Both the position numbers and the translations under genes were made by a program. From positions 134,974,001-135,038,000 of the forward strand of contig NC_042998.1 of NCBI RefSeq assembly GCF_006345805.1: a stretch of 64,000 nucleotides of DNA, written 5' to 3'. Position 1 is the stretch's first letter. Each line of letters opens with the position of its first letter. The stretch comes from Octopus sinensis (lineage: Eukaryota). Positions 51,227-64,000 of this stretch are shown in pieces. Under the pieces are notes generated by a model. The model was not told the origin of the DNA, made no database searches, and worked only from the letters and a program-made list of their open reading frames with translations.

Positions 51227-51596
51227 GTATGCAGAATTTCTGGTTGTCTGTTGTTTACTTTATTTGCACATTTTAAAATATAATCTGTGGTTTGCATGAG
51301 GTTACTCATTCTGCATGCTTGTGGAATGCTGTTGCACACTATCACTAATTATTACTTGCATATTTGTTATTATTTTTCACAACAGCAAACAGAACTCAAC
51401 TTTAATCAGTGCTAATTTTATTTTTTACTTTTCTACTTTTATAATTCTTTAGTTTCGTCTTCTTCATCAGCTTATTTTCTACACTAAACAACATTTTAGA
51501 GGAATGATTTCTAAAAAAACTATTCTACATTATTTCTTCCTTGAAAGTGGAAGAGAAAAATGATATGGAAACATTTAGAAGATAAATGTTAGATAT

Positions 51597-52969
51597 CATC
51601 ATCATCGTTTAACATCCGCTTTTCATGCTAGCATGGGTTGGATGGTTTGACTGAGGACTGGTGAACCAGATGGCTGCACCAGGCTCCAATCTGATCTGGC
51701 AGAGTTTCTAAAGCTAGATGCCCTTCCTAACGCCAACCTCTCAGAGAGTGTAGTGGGTGCTTTCACATGCCGCCAGCACGAGGGCCAGTCAGGCAGTACT
51801 GGTAACAGCCATGCTGAAATGGTGTTTTTACGTGCCTCAACAGGTCTTCACAAGCAGTTTAGTGTCCAATGAAGGAAAGGTACGCATAAGTGGGCTGGTT
51901 ACACCTCTGGTATAGGCCACAGGTTATGGTCTCACTTGATTTGCCGGGTCTTCTCACGCACTGCATATAATGAAGAATTCCAGGTAGAGGTAGGGGTCCA
52001 CCAAGGTTCAGTCCTTTGCCGGGTCTTCTCACGCACTGCATATTTCCAAAGGTCTCAGTCACTAGTCATTACGTTGGTAAGGCCTAATGTTTGAAGGTCC
52101 TGGGTCTATCTCTTCCACAGGTTCCCTCAACCACTAGGGTGTGGCACTATTTCACACAGCTATCTTCCAAGTTAGCCTTCCTTTGATATTGCTGCACCTC
52201 TTATGTGTCCATAGCTTACACTGGGTACATCTCAGAGTTTCTACCTATGCTTTTTCTACAGATCGAGCAGGGCCATCTACCTGAAGGGATTTGTGGTCTG
52301 TCTGCTTTCCTACTTATTAGGACTTTGGTTTTAGCTAGGTTAACTCTAAGGCCCTTCGATTCTAATCCTTGCTTCCACACCTGAAACTTCTCCTCTAGTT
52401 CTGATAGTGACTCAGCAATTAGAGCAAGATCGTCAGCATAGAGGAGCTTCCAGGAGCATCCTGTCTTGAATTCCTCTGTTATTGCCTGGAGAACTATGAT
52501 AAATAAGAGGGGGCTAAGGACTGAACCTTGGTGGACCCCTACCTCTACCTGGAATTCTTCATTATATTCGTTGCCAACCCTCACCTTACTGACAGCGTCC
52601 CTGTACATGGCTTGCACAGCTCTCACTAACCATTCATCTATCCCTAGTTTCCTCATTGACCACCAGATAAGGGATCGGGGGACCCTGTCAAAGGCTTTCT
52701 CCATGTCAACAAAAGCCAGGTACAGAGGTTTATCTTTGGCTAGATATTTTTCCTGCAGCTGTCTTACCAAAAATATAGCATCGGTGATGCTTTTCCCTGG
52801 CACGAACCCAAACTGCATCTCATCTAAACTGACTCTCTCTCTCTCACTCTAATTAATTGGGCTATGACCCTCTCTATGACCTTCATTATCTGATCCAACA
52901 ACTTGATACCTCTGTAATTATTTGTATCTAAAGCGTCACCTTTACCTTTGTAGCAGTTGACTATGGTGC
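51597..52969 (-). mobile_element. 5'-truncated, internally deleted RTE-clade LINE
   Basis: RT segment QFGF...FVDMEKAFDRVPR...GVHQGSVLSPLLF...LLYADDL...NLAKTK (ORF 52216..52818). Upstream NNYRGIKLL piece is frameshifted by a (GA)n expansion near 52835. C-terminal piece, 3'UTR and (GAT)n tail end at about 51597. Confidence 0.92.
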
Positions 52970-53926
52970 GGGTGACAAATGGAATAGGTTTCTGAGGAAC
53001 TGACACTAGATATATTAAAAGAGACAAGGAAAAAAATAAATAATAATAATAATGGTTGACCTTTAATGTGACAAAGAATATTGGTAACCGCTATAAGTGT
53101 TACCTTTCCATTTGTGAGAATAGCGAATTAAACTTGGGGCTTGGAATAAGTCTTAGCTGTTAAACTACTATTTAGTTTTTTTTTTTTGTTTTTCTTTTTG
53201 TAAATTCCAGACAGTTTGGGCATTATTAAATCTATAGAATTTCCAAAGAAAGTTATTAGCCTTCTATCTCCATAACCACCATTAACAGAAGATATTGCTT
53301 AAATATAACATTAGCTTCATAGTTATAGTTGATGTCTGTTCAAATAATTCTTGTTAAACACTTAAAAAATTTTTTTTTTTAATTTTGTCTCTCTTTCTTA
53401 CTCACTGAACATTTTATTATTTTCATGTCTTTCTCTATTTATTTCAACTGTTTACCAATCTACTAACACATTTACTCACTAACCTACTTACCCAATATCT
53501 TTCTTTCTTATCTGTTAACCAACGTACTCATCTAATCAATGTTTTGGGTTATCCCTACTCTTATAAATTATTGATACCTCTACCTGCCTACATATCCACC
53601 TTCCTCAAATCTAATCCTTTGAAAATATTGTATGCTTTATCTCTGGTTTGTGTATCACATTTTGGCTCCACTGCACATCACTTCAGCACTTTGCACCCTA
53701 TTGTGTGGATTTTTTCTAAATAGGTCTGATGCACCAATTACAAGTCATCTGTGGGAACACTCCATGCAAATATCCAATGAAGAAGGGTAATACTTCTTGT
53801 TCACCTTTTAATACCTGGTTTACTTTGTGAATAAAAACTGCTACCTATAGCTTTTATAAATTCTATTGGAAAAGAAATGTGAAAATTAAATGAAGGAGGT
53901 TAATGTGTTTATGATGTTTAAAAAGT

Positions 53927-54025
53927 GTCATTAGCTTTGGCTGTACATATTCTGAAATTGGAATGATACAGAGATGGCCCCTACACAAGTATGACATGCA
54001 AATTTATAAAGTGTTCCATATTTTT
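53927..54025 (+). pseudogene. U6: U6 snRNA pseudogene
   Basis: ACATATTCTGAAATTGGAATGATACAGAGA-TGGCCCCTACACAAGTATGACATGCAAATTTATAAAGTGTTCCATATTTTT aligns to canonical U6, with AGATTAGCA deleted and CpGs converted to TpG/CpA. Confidence 0.92.
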
Positions 54026-55159
54026 CTCTTGCCAGGCAAAATGTTTAGCAGCATTTCAGCCATCTTTATGTTCTGTGTTCGAATTCTGCTGCAGTCAACT
54101 TAGCCTTTCATCTTTCTGGGTCTGTAAAATAAGTACCAGTTGAGCACTAGGGTCAATATAATTGACTTACCCCCATCCTTGAAATTGCTGGCCTTGTGCC
54201 AGAATTTCAAACTATTATTTAGTCAGGGGTTACATGTAGGAGAGAATATTAACTGGGAGATACATTTGAGGATGGAAAAAGATTCAGTTTGTACATCAGC
54301 ATTGTTGGTGCTGAAGGAGTTCATGAGTCAAAAGGAGTTGCATGCTTGAAGTCATTGACAATGGCAACTTGTGTGAGAGAAAGGTGAGTTATAACAAGTG
54401 TACTTGATGCAAGTTAAGGAGTTGTGAAACTGCTAGGGACTGGAAAAGTTTGGAGTATGAAAGAGTTAGCAGTTGTTCCAGAGCAATATAGTTCTGAGGA
54501 ATAAAGCTTATGTTTATTTATTTTTTGGTGTGTGTGTATGTGGAAGGATCATTAGTTGGCAGTGCCTCAGCATAGCTACAGCCCTCAAGCTGAAACAAGT
54601 AAAAGAATAGAGAGAGAGAGAGAGAAATCAGTAGGCTGTGTAAATATATTTGATAGGTGTTAACCCATTTAGAAGAACAAGATAAATAAAAGGATAATGT
54701 ACATTATAGGACTTAAGAGTGTGGGAACTTAATCCTGTGAAATAAAAACTGATGATCAGATTTTTAGTTTTCTGAAAGTTGTCCCATGCTAAGCATTAAA
54801 TAGAATCCAACCCTCTGTTTTGAGCTCAAATCCCACTGAGGTCAGCTTTGCATTTCATCCCTTTGAGGTTGGTAAAGTAAAGCATCAGTTATGTACTGGG
54901 ATTGATTAATCAACTAACCCTCTCTCTCTTCTCCTATCTCAGACCTTGCACCTGTAGTAGAAACAATTATATGTTTAAGGGTCGTGGATTGGCAGAATGA
55001 TTACCAGGGTTTTCCAAAAATCCATCCATCCATTAGATCGCCCATGGGCGTTTATTTGGATGGGCAGTTATTTGTGGTTAAAAATTGAAACAGAGTTAGT
55101 GTTCTTGTTTGCATTCTGTTTAGACATTCATTTGCTCTACGTCTGCAGATAAATTCAAA

Positions 55160-55460
55160 GGATTTTTATTCCCAATAATGGAATCGAAAAAAATATATCA
55201 AAACGTATTCAATGATCATATACCATTAGTGAAAAATTGAGTGCTATTAAACGAGTGAAAGAACATTCTGGCAATTTATCTGTTGTGTCAAGAGACTTAG
55301 GTATTGATAGAAAACGATTGACAGAATGGTACACAAAAGAAACTCAGACTAGAGGAGGCACAGATCAATTGGTGGAGGTAGAGGACCAACACATAGAGAT
55401 CTAGAGATTGAACTCTTACAGTGGATTGTTGTTCAGCGTGCAAACAATATATTATTCAGT
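55160..55460 (+). mobile_element. pogo-type transposase 5' fragment (Brinker/psq-like HTH plus start of CENP-B-type HTH)
   Basis: SYTISEKLSAIKRVKEHSGNLSVVSRDLGIDRKRLTEWY, then (frameshift) GGGRGPTHRDLEIELLQWIVVQR; no catalytic domain follows. Confidence 0.6.
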
Positions 55461-57514
55461 ATGTTTGTTTTTATTTTGAAAAAAGAACAAAGAAAGAAAA
55501 ATATTCAATAGTGACAATTTAATTAGCAGAAATAATTTATCTCTGTAATAATGCACCTTTAATTTAATTTTATTTTATTTTTAAAAATTAGAAAATTTTT
55601 TTGCATTATCTTGCTTACCTTCGTTGTTCTGACAGCATAACTAAAAAAGGTAAATAATGTTCCTCAAATAAACTCATTTTTAAAACTGTAAATAATACCA
55701 GTTAAGGCAATTTTTCCTCAAAATAGTGAGGTGAGGTTGGCTTTCACCATTACGGTATTCAGAAGTCTGAGTTTTCAGTGTGTAAATCATTCAGAATTTT
55801 TTTTTCTTAATTCACCTTTCTCATTTTCCACTTTTTTACATTTGGCCTTTTGACCCAAACCAACTAAGAAAGCTTGCTTCCCTAATGGTTACTAGCAAAT
55901 GTTAGAGACAAGCAGTTGGTTGATATCAGTGGGAGAGTGAAAGGAAGTGATAATAGCTAGTGTTGAATATCTTGACCTTAGTCTAGTTCTCAATATTTTT
56001 GCACTGGAGGTTGAATTTAAAAAAAAAAAAATCATTGGCACGCTTTGTTTGAAAAGTTATTAAAAAACTTTTAAAGACAGAAATTTAGAAAAAATATTGT
56101 AAACTATTACTTTGTTTTATTCTTGTTTATAACAAAATTATGAATAACACATTTTTCAATATGCTCAAACATTAGTATGGCTTTTCTAAAGCATTTAAAT
56201 AATAAGTGCCCTTTTGAACTCATTATCTCTACTATCCATGGATACATCATTATCATCATTTAACATTTGTTTTCCATGGGTTCACGGGTTTAACAGGAGA
56301 CAATGAGCTAGAGGGTTGGGCCAAGTTCTATTGTCTGCTTTGGCATGGATTCTATGGCTGGATGCCTTTCCTAATGCCAACCACTTTACAGAATGTACTA
56401 GATATTTTTTATGTAGCTATGGCACCAGTAAGGTTACCAAGTAACTCACAAAATAAGACCTGTCAACTGAGGGTTTGTAGGATTGAGGGAGGTAGGTTTG
56501 TGCCAGATGGTGAGAGATTAAAAGTATTATGAAGGTACAGGAGCAGACACCTTGCTTTAGAAGAGACATGTAGTTATCCCAGTTGGGAAAGAGAGAAGAT
56601 GATGATGATGTATTGGGCATACCCTCAAGTACAGGAAGGTGAATATAAGAGGTACAGAGGATTGGACATGATGAGAAGGTTAATAAGTAAGTTTGTGAGA
56701 CTGTGTAAAGAGAGTGATAGAGATGGGAACAGAAGAGAATTCAATGAGTGGTTAATATGGATGGAGGCATGGTCAACCATGAATATCAGTTGGATAGGAA
56801 GCAGGAAGTATGAGTAGGTCAGGGCACACTTATAAAATTAAAAAGCAGCATAGCACCAATGCCTTTCAGAAATATGTTTTCTTGTTCAGAACTGTCAAAG
56901 CATGAAATAAACTACCTACATCAGTTGTTACTTATCAGGACACTATATCCTTCAAAAATTGTCCATATTTTCCAAAGTTTGCTACACCTGATGAGCCTAT
57001 GCACACTTTCCTCTTCATGTTTATTTTACTGTTCATTTTACTGTCTTTTTTTACTTGACTTATTGCTGCTTTCTGTCCCCACTTTTAGCATTTCTGGTAA
57101 GTTGTAGTGCATATAAGCACTGTATACAATAAATTTATTTTATTATCTTGTTAAAAAATTTTCAGCACACCATGTGAGTACCACTGGGATCAGAAGTTGT
57201 CTGTATTTGTTAGTAAACAGATTAGGAAAAAAAAAATTTTTTATAATTAATGTAAAACAGTAAGAAAACAATTCTTAGTGCGAACTTGTGTGTTCAAACA
57301 TATTTTGCTGTATCTTGGGAGGGTCATTATGCCAATAATAAACACATGCACTGGTTCTATTTCACTTAACCATTTTACCAATCAGCTATTTAATTAATCA
57401 TTTAGTTAATCAATTACTGAATCAGCTAGGTTTGACAAAGAAAGCAAAATAAAAGTTATCTGAGTGATTGGAATTAGCATAGATTCCTGTTTGTACTCTT
57501 CTCGAACTGGAAGT

Positions 57515-57842
57515 TGTAGAATGGGTAAAGACCCCTTCAATCATGAATGACCATGGGATTGCACCTAGAAAGTTATCCTCCAAGGTACAAATCTGGGTGA
57601 GGTTGTTTATGGAAGACCATGCATACCAGTCTCCCCCACTCCACGCCACTGATGTTATCCAAGGTAAAGCCATGGCTGATACAGCTTAGCACCAGTGACA
57701 TCACAACTCATTTCTACAGTTGAGTGAACTGGAGTAACATGAAATAAAGTGTCTTGCTCAAGAACACAACATACAACCCGGTCCAGGAATTGAACTCACA
57801 ACCTCTTGACTGTGAGCCCAATGCTCTAACCACTGAGCCATG
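57515..57842 (-). mobile_element. tRNA-headed SINE, family D (GTGTTCTTGAGCAAGACACTT core; body also at about 47450-47600)
   Basis: Minus-strand head TGGCTCAGTGG...GAGTTCAATTCC; 3' body shared with the 47.45 kb fragment. Confidence 0.65.
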
Positions 57843-58639
57843 GAAGTTGTAGAAAGATAGTGTATAGAAAGCAAATTAGCAAAAAATTCTTTTCGTCATA
57901 AATCTTGGATACTTTTGATGAGAAAAGATTTTATTTTAAGTTTCAGTAAAAATAACAACAACAACAATTACATATTTCAACTAATTATCCACATAAATAG
58001 TTACAGGCATGGCTGTGAGTTTCATTGGTTCAGTTTGAAACTACAGGACATGGTTATGCAGAGAAGTGGAAATGAACGATATTGTTTGATTGAGCCTTTT
58101 GTTTACAATCAGCAAATACACATGAAGATGAGAAATATGAATTCATTCACTCAAACACATTCCATTCAGAGATGTGTACACACACACTCACATACATACA
58201 TAGTTCAGGCATGACTGTGTGTTAAGAAGTTTGCTTCCCAACCATATGATTCCAGGTTCAGTTCCACTGTGTGGGCACCTTGGGCAACTGTTGTCTTCTA
58301 TAGTTTAAGCTGATCATAATTTTGTGAGTAGATTTGGTAAACAGAAACTGAAAGAAGCCTGTTTTGTGTATATTTATGTATGTGTATATCTCTGTGTGTC
58401 TTTGTTTGTCCCCACCTACCACTGTTTGACAACTGGTGTTGGTTTGTTTACATCCCCATAACTTAGAAGTGCAGCAAAAAGAGACCAATAGAATAAGTAC
58501 CAGGTTTATATATATATAAAAAAAAAGACATGCTAGAGTCAATTTGTTGGCTTAAACCCTCCAAGGTAGTGCCCCAGCATGACAGCTGTGCAATGACTGA
58601 AACAAGTAAAAGATAAAAGATGTGTGTGTGTGTATGAGA

Positions 58640-58930
58640 GCACATGGCCTAGTGGTTAGGGTGTTGCATTCACAATTGTGAGATTGTGGTTTCAATTCCC
58701 AGACTGGGTGGTGCATTGTGTTCTGGACCAAAACACTTCATCTCATGTTGCTATGCAATCACTTCGACACCTGATGCGTGGCCCACAGTGCACCTTTTCA
58801 GGCAACGTTGATTTGATGGAGAGAGTGAGATAATGCACAACCCAAACATTTGATCACTATAAACAAATCACTTGTGCAGATCGTTTGGCAATAGCTGAAT
58901 GCTCAGGCATCGACTTTGACAGAGTCCATC
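58640..58930 (+). mobile_element. tRNA-headed SINE, family E
   Basis: TGGCCTAGTGGTTAGGGTGTTGCA...GGTTTCAATTCC head; related copies at about 33872-34095 and 3595-3800. Confidence 0.65.
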
Positions 58931-60491
58931 ATATATATATATATATATGATGGGCTTCTTCAATTTCTATTAACCAGTTTCACTCATAAATATTGGTTGG
59001 CCATTGGCTATAATACAGGATGCCAACCAACAGCATCCACTTGGTGGAACTGAACTCCTTCCTATGTTGTTCTGAAGTGAACTTCTACAACCGCACAGTC
59101 ATATCTGCACCTCTTTTGTACATTAGTTTTACGTAAACTCAGTGTTTCTATTCTGTAAGTTTGCAAATATTCACTTCAATAGAAACACAAATAGAGCAGC
59201 TTAAGAATTTGATTACTTTTACACTAGTTGTTGTTTAGTCTCAGGTCTGTCCTGATTAAGCAGACATATAATCAAAAGCATTCTAACAATGACCACCCAT
59301 TTCAGATACATTGTATCTTGGAATACATTATCCAGTATATGTCATGATGTTACAGTGTGGTTTGTGAGCATTTGGATGTTTTTTCTAGCTGTTCAATTGA
59401 ACATGTAGCAACTCCTTCATTGACTTTTTACATTCACATTTAATTCATTTTTATATAAAGAGAAATATGTTTTTCAAAAGTCAATGATAGGTGAATCCCT
59501 TGAGTCTATCTTTTATCTTTTACTTGTTTTAGACATTGGACTGTGGTCATGCTGGGGCACCACCTTCAAGGGTTTACAAATTGACCCCAGTATTTTTCAT
59601 TTAAGTCTATTATTCTGTCAGTCTCTTTTTGCCAAACTAAGTTATGGAGATGTAAAGAAACGAACACCAGTTGTCAAGCAATAGTAGAGGGCAAACACAC
59701 ACATCTTATATTTTATGTATCACAGTTTTATATGACAGTATCAGTCTACCAAATTCACTCTCAAGGCATTGGTCAGAATGGAGCTATAGTAGAAGACATT
59801 TGCCCAAAGTGCTACACAGTGGGACTGAATCCAAAACTATACATCCTTGTCTAAATGTTTTGATAGTTCAAGCATCACTATTTTAACTTGTAACTTCATC
59901 ACATTAGCTCTGATATTCTGAAATACATGTTCCAATAATCCATGCTGATGCCCATATTTTAAAACTGTATAACCTGTCTGGTAAAACACATTAACAATTT
60001 TTTTTCATTTGCTGTTATTAAAAGATTCTTTGAAAATGGGGTATTTTGTGCTTTTCTTTATTCTCTTAAAAATAAAACACACCAGCAAAAGAATAACTGG
60101 ATCATGCTTATGTAAAATCTTGGTTAACTACTATTATGCTAAAGAAATGTTTAAATTACCCATGAAAATAATGTAAAAACAAAATACATTTATGTAAAAT
60201 AATTTATAACGTAATAATTAAATAATACTTTATTATATTTTAATCTTCTTGATAAAAGTAAATAATTAAATAAGAGTTAATGCATTTTTAAATAAATTTT
60301 GAAATATTTTGTTTCTTACAAGATGGATTTTCTAAATATTTAAATTAATTGTGAAATAAATATCTAAAATTGTTTTCCAAAAAGAAAAAGTAATTGTGAT
60401 TTTAACAAATGTTACTTTTGCACTTATATATTTGCTCATTTATTATTTTTATTTTCCCCTTATTATTACTAATTAAATGTTTGTTATTCAG

Positions 60492-60576
60492 ATACACTGA
60501 TGATGGTCACACTAAAGGAACAATTATTGAACCATTGCCTAACCCCATTAAACTTGAATGGGATATCTCAACTGAA
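60492..60576 (+). CDS. CPT1: CPT1 coding exon 15 (last one visible in the window)
   Basis: gttattcag| (R)YTDDGHTKGTIIEPLPNPIKLEWDISTE |gtaatt; no further CPT1-like exon found in 60577-64000. Confidence 0.94.
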
Positions 60577-61204
60577 GTAATTATTTTTTTTTTTTTTATC
60601 TTTTATACACAATAATTAATTATTTAAAAAATATTTTTGTACTGATACATCTTTTACACTTCTTTATGTAAGTCTTTTGTTTCACTTACTTTTTTACTTT
60701 TTTTCAGTCACTGGACTGTGACCATGCTAGAGCATTTCCTTGTAGAGTTAGTGAAACAAATCGACCTCAGCACTTATTTTTAATCTGGTAATTATTCTGT
60801 CAGTTCCTTCTGCTGAACTGCTAAGTTACAGAGACATAAATGAATGTTTGTTAAGCAATAAGGCTGGGTAGAGGCCAGGTGGCAAACATAAATACAAACA
60901 CACACAAGATTCCATCTACCATATTCACTCATAAGACCTTAGTTGATACAATGCTATTGTAGAAGACACTTGCCCAAAGTGTTATGCAATGAGACCTAGT
61001 CTGAAATAATATGGTCCATGAAGCAAACCTCTTAACCATGAAGACATGTTGGTTATGTTTTCATACATACTTTTTCATTTCTTTTTTCTTCGCACCCCAC
61101 TTTTTTTCTTAGATTTAACTAGAATTGTAGGGATTATTATTTTTGTTTTAGTTGGAGTAACAGACTTACAAGTTGTTATAAATATTGATATTAATTGCAT
61201 GTTA

Positions 61205-62780
61205 CAGTAGAACTTCACAGTGCAAGTGCATCATCGTATGAACTGAAACTTGTGCGAATTTTTGTCTTGAAGTATGAGTGGAAATCCGCAGTACGAGTGA
61301 GTTTCATACAAGTGACCACTAGTCGACACTGAGATCACACACCCTCTCCCAACAAGTTCAGCCTCCAGTCACTCAGTTTGAATGTTTATCTTGTGGCAGC
61401 ATCCCTGTTACACTTTTCCTCAGTGTTTTTTTTTTAGCTTTGTGCGTTTTTTGTTATCATTTTTATAATAAGTAGTTGTGTTAGCCATGGGTCCTAAGAA
61501 GGTCAGTGCAAAGGACAGTGTTAGAAAAAGAAAAGGCTGATTATGATAGAATTGAAGAAGGAAATCATTGATAAACATGAGAGAGGAGTGTGTATAGTGG
61601 GCCGAAATATGTCAATGTTCTGCACCATCCCGATGAAAAAGGATAAGATCAAGGCCATTACAACAGCAAAGGTGTCTCTAGACTCTCCAAGCAATGCACA
61701 TTTGTCCAGGAAGAGATGGAAAAATTGCTTCTCTTATGGATCAATGAAAAGCAACTCATAGGAGATACGATTACAGAGACCATCATCTGCAAGAAAGCAC
61801 AAGCACTGTATGGGGATCTCTTGAAGCAAAACCCTAGAATGTCAATGGAGGAGACATCAGCAGACACATTTCAGGCCAGTTGTCAGCTATGGAGAAACAG
61901 CAAGTTGTGACATGAAGGCAGCTGAGAATTTTGTGCATGAATTCCATCAGCTCATCACAGCCAAGGAGTGCATCACACAACAGGTATTCAACTGTGATGA
62001 AACTGGCCATTTTTCCAAAAAAAAAAATACCCAGAAGAACTGCAGAGGAGAAAAAAATACCAGATTATGTAAGATAGGCTAACTCTTGCCCTTTGTGCCA
62101 ATGCAAGTGGAGTCTTGTTCAAGTCACACAAAATCTTGAAGGAGAAGCTGCAGGTCATGTGGAGGGAAAACATTCATGTCTAGGTCTTCGAGTCAATCAA
62201 CCTTATCTTCCGACCAGCAGTAAAAAAGTACCTTCTGGAGAACAATCTTCCTCTCAAGGCCTTCCTCATCCTTGACAATGCTCCTACTCACCCTCCTAAC
62301 TTTGAAGATGATATCCTGGATGAATTTAAATTCATAAAAGTTCTGTACCTTTCACGCAATACCATCCCTATCTTGCAGCCCATGGACCAACAGGTGATTT
62401 CTAATTTTAAGAATTTGTACACCAAACATCTGTTTCATCAGTGCTTTGAAGTCACTGAAAATACAAATCTAATCCTTCATGAGTTTTAGAATGTGCACTA
62501 AACAGTGTTAACTACCTGAAAATTATCAATATGGCCTGGCACTCAGAGGAGCTGATGACCGATAAACTCCTGCAGCTTCAGGAACAGCAGTATTCAGATG
62601 CAGTGGAAGAGATTGGTTCCCCAGAGAAGGTTATCTCTACAAGTGACATAAATCAGTGTTGGCAAAGTGGCAGTATGTTTCTGAATTTGTAGAAAAATAT
62701 CATCCTGAAAAGTATCTTAAGGTTATGCAGCTGCTTTATTTAATGATACTGCTCTGGCACATTTTTGCAGCATTTTGAAA
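61205..62780 (+). mobile_element. Decayed Tigger/TIGD1-like pogo transposon (DD36D)
   Basis: TA|CAGTAGAACTTC left end; ATG at 61487 (MGPKKVS); IELKKEII, MEKLLLLWINEKQL, VFNCDETG, LILDNAPTHP and LQPMDQQVI motifs; 36 residues between the second and third Asp; right TIR not seen. Confidence 0.88.
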
Positions 62781-62957
62781 GGCTGGAAAAAGTGGGCGTG
62801 TGTGTGCGTATGTGTGCCTATGAGTTCATGTGTTTGAAAATATGTCTATGCCTACACTGTGTATTCTCAATGTTTTGCATGTCAATGTTTTTCAATGCAA
62901 AACATCAAAATTACCCAGTGTAGACAGAGACATACTTCCAAACACATGAATTCATAT

Positions 62958-63001
<44 letters not shown>

Positions 63002-63495
63002 TTAAAATTTCATAGAACCTTTTATCTTCCCTCTGGCACCTCTGAAGAAGAAAAAAGAGAAAAAAACAAAAACAGTCAGTGATGACTGCACCCCATCCTA
63101 GAACTGACTTCTTGGAGAGGTCACTATCCTTGAACTCATTTCAAAAGAATGGAAGTCAAAGTTGAAGGATGGGGGTCCCTCCCTCCTTCCCCTCTCTCTA
63201 CCCATCTATCTATCTATCTCTCTCCATTGTCCTGGAACTTCACTCAAAAAAACAAAAACAATGTTCTCCTCTTCTAAACAAAAAAAAAACCATCTCTTTA
63301 ATATAAATAAACAACCTGTTTGTATATTCACAAAAAACTTTTATTTGACAAGTTTGAAAAACAAACGAAAGCGCTAATAATAATAATGACTAAATAAAAA
63401 AAAAATCTTTTTCCACCTCTTTTCTCATCAATATTCAATATCTGTACACCACTTCTAAGACTCAATTTCTCTCTCTCTCTCTCTGTATGTATATA

Positions 63496-63565
<70 letters not shown>

Positions 63566-64000
63566 GCAACCCATGTCAGCAAGGAAAATGAACATTAAAT
63601 GATGATGCTTATATATATGACCACAGCTGAAATTCCATTTGCTAATTTACTATTTCTTTTGCTAATATCTGTTTAATTTATATCTGCAAAAATCATTGAC
63701 TGAAGCTTTTATCTTTCTCACTGCCAGGCATTAGCAGTTAACTTGTATTTATGTTTGCTTATTGTTATTGAAGTCTTAATGCCCATTGTAGATATGACAC
63801 ATGTGCTAACCCTTTTGATACCAACTCACATGAGACTGTCTTCTGCCCCACTTCCATGATACAATCTTCTTGTTTTTAAAACATTCCATGTAAATCTCAT
63901 GCTAATTTATGTTCCAAACAGTTTTTACTGAATTTTTCATAGTTTAAAACTAATTGAAAAAATAAAAAGTAGTTTATTTCAACAGAAATATGGTAATAAA

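Larger units (their letters stand above)
22992..60576 (+). other. CPT1: CPT1-family gene (carnitine O-palmitoyltransferase 1), 5' portion: 15 coding exons, 1572 nt = 524 codons; continues beyond the window
   Basis: Manual splice: join(23018..23158,28476..28612,31231..31402,34217..34324,35620..35757,37459..37536,39078..39185,41775..41859,43835..43949,44896..45052,47171..47218,48680..48787,49304..49329,51161..51226,60492..60576). All junctions are AG/GT with compatible phases and no internal stop. Hallmark CPT1 motifs: [62 protein letters not shown]. Confidence 0.97.

Noticed and set aside
53927-54025. Functional U6 snRNA gene
   Set aside because: It lacks the AGC triad region and carries many substitutions; no upstream Pol III type-3 promoter was recognised.
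60577-64000. Next CPT1 exon (expected to encode the ...FGKG...SPD... region)
   Set aside because: No matching sequence found; the region is SINE, Tigger and microsatellite, so the gene must continue past the window.

Overview
AT-rich, repeat-dense eukaryotic DNA; the SINE/LINE content and the coding sequence point to a coleoid cephalopod, probably Octopus (inferred, not database-checked). The one host gene I can support is a + strand carnitine palmitoyltransferase 1 (CPT1) gene. It has 15 coding exons between 23018 and 60576, which I spliced by hand into one open frame of 524 codons (MAEAHSAVAF...KLEWDISTE), all with GT-AG introns. The C-terminal third lies beyond the window. A CpG-retaining domain at about 8.4-18.3 kb holds the likely promoter(s) and non-coding first exon(s). 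The rest is transposon-derived: Helitron, piggyBac, maT/DD37D, pogo DD35D, Tigger DD36D, mariner, RTE and R4/Dong LINE relics, several tRNA-headed SINE families, a U6 snRNA pseudogene and microsatellites. There is no prokaryotic system or CRISPR. The most interesting leads are: a 26-nt microexon carrying the catalytic His, preceded by a 111-bp intronic fold-back hairpin; three perfect NRF1/EWG-type sites built from a SINE microsatellite upstream of CPT1; a tRNA-headed SINE carrying a hammerhead-ribozyme-like core; and a microhomology-flanked templated inversion inside an RTE LINE.
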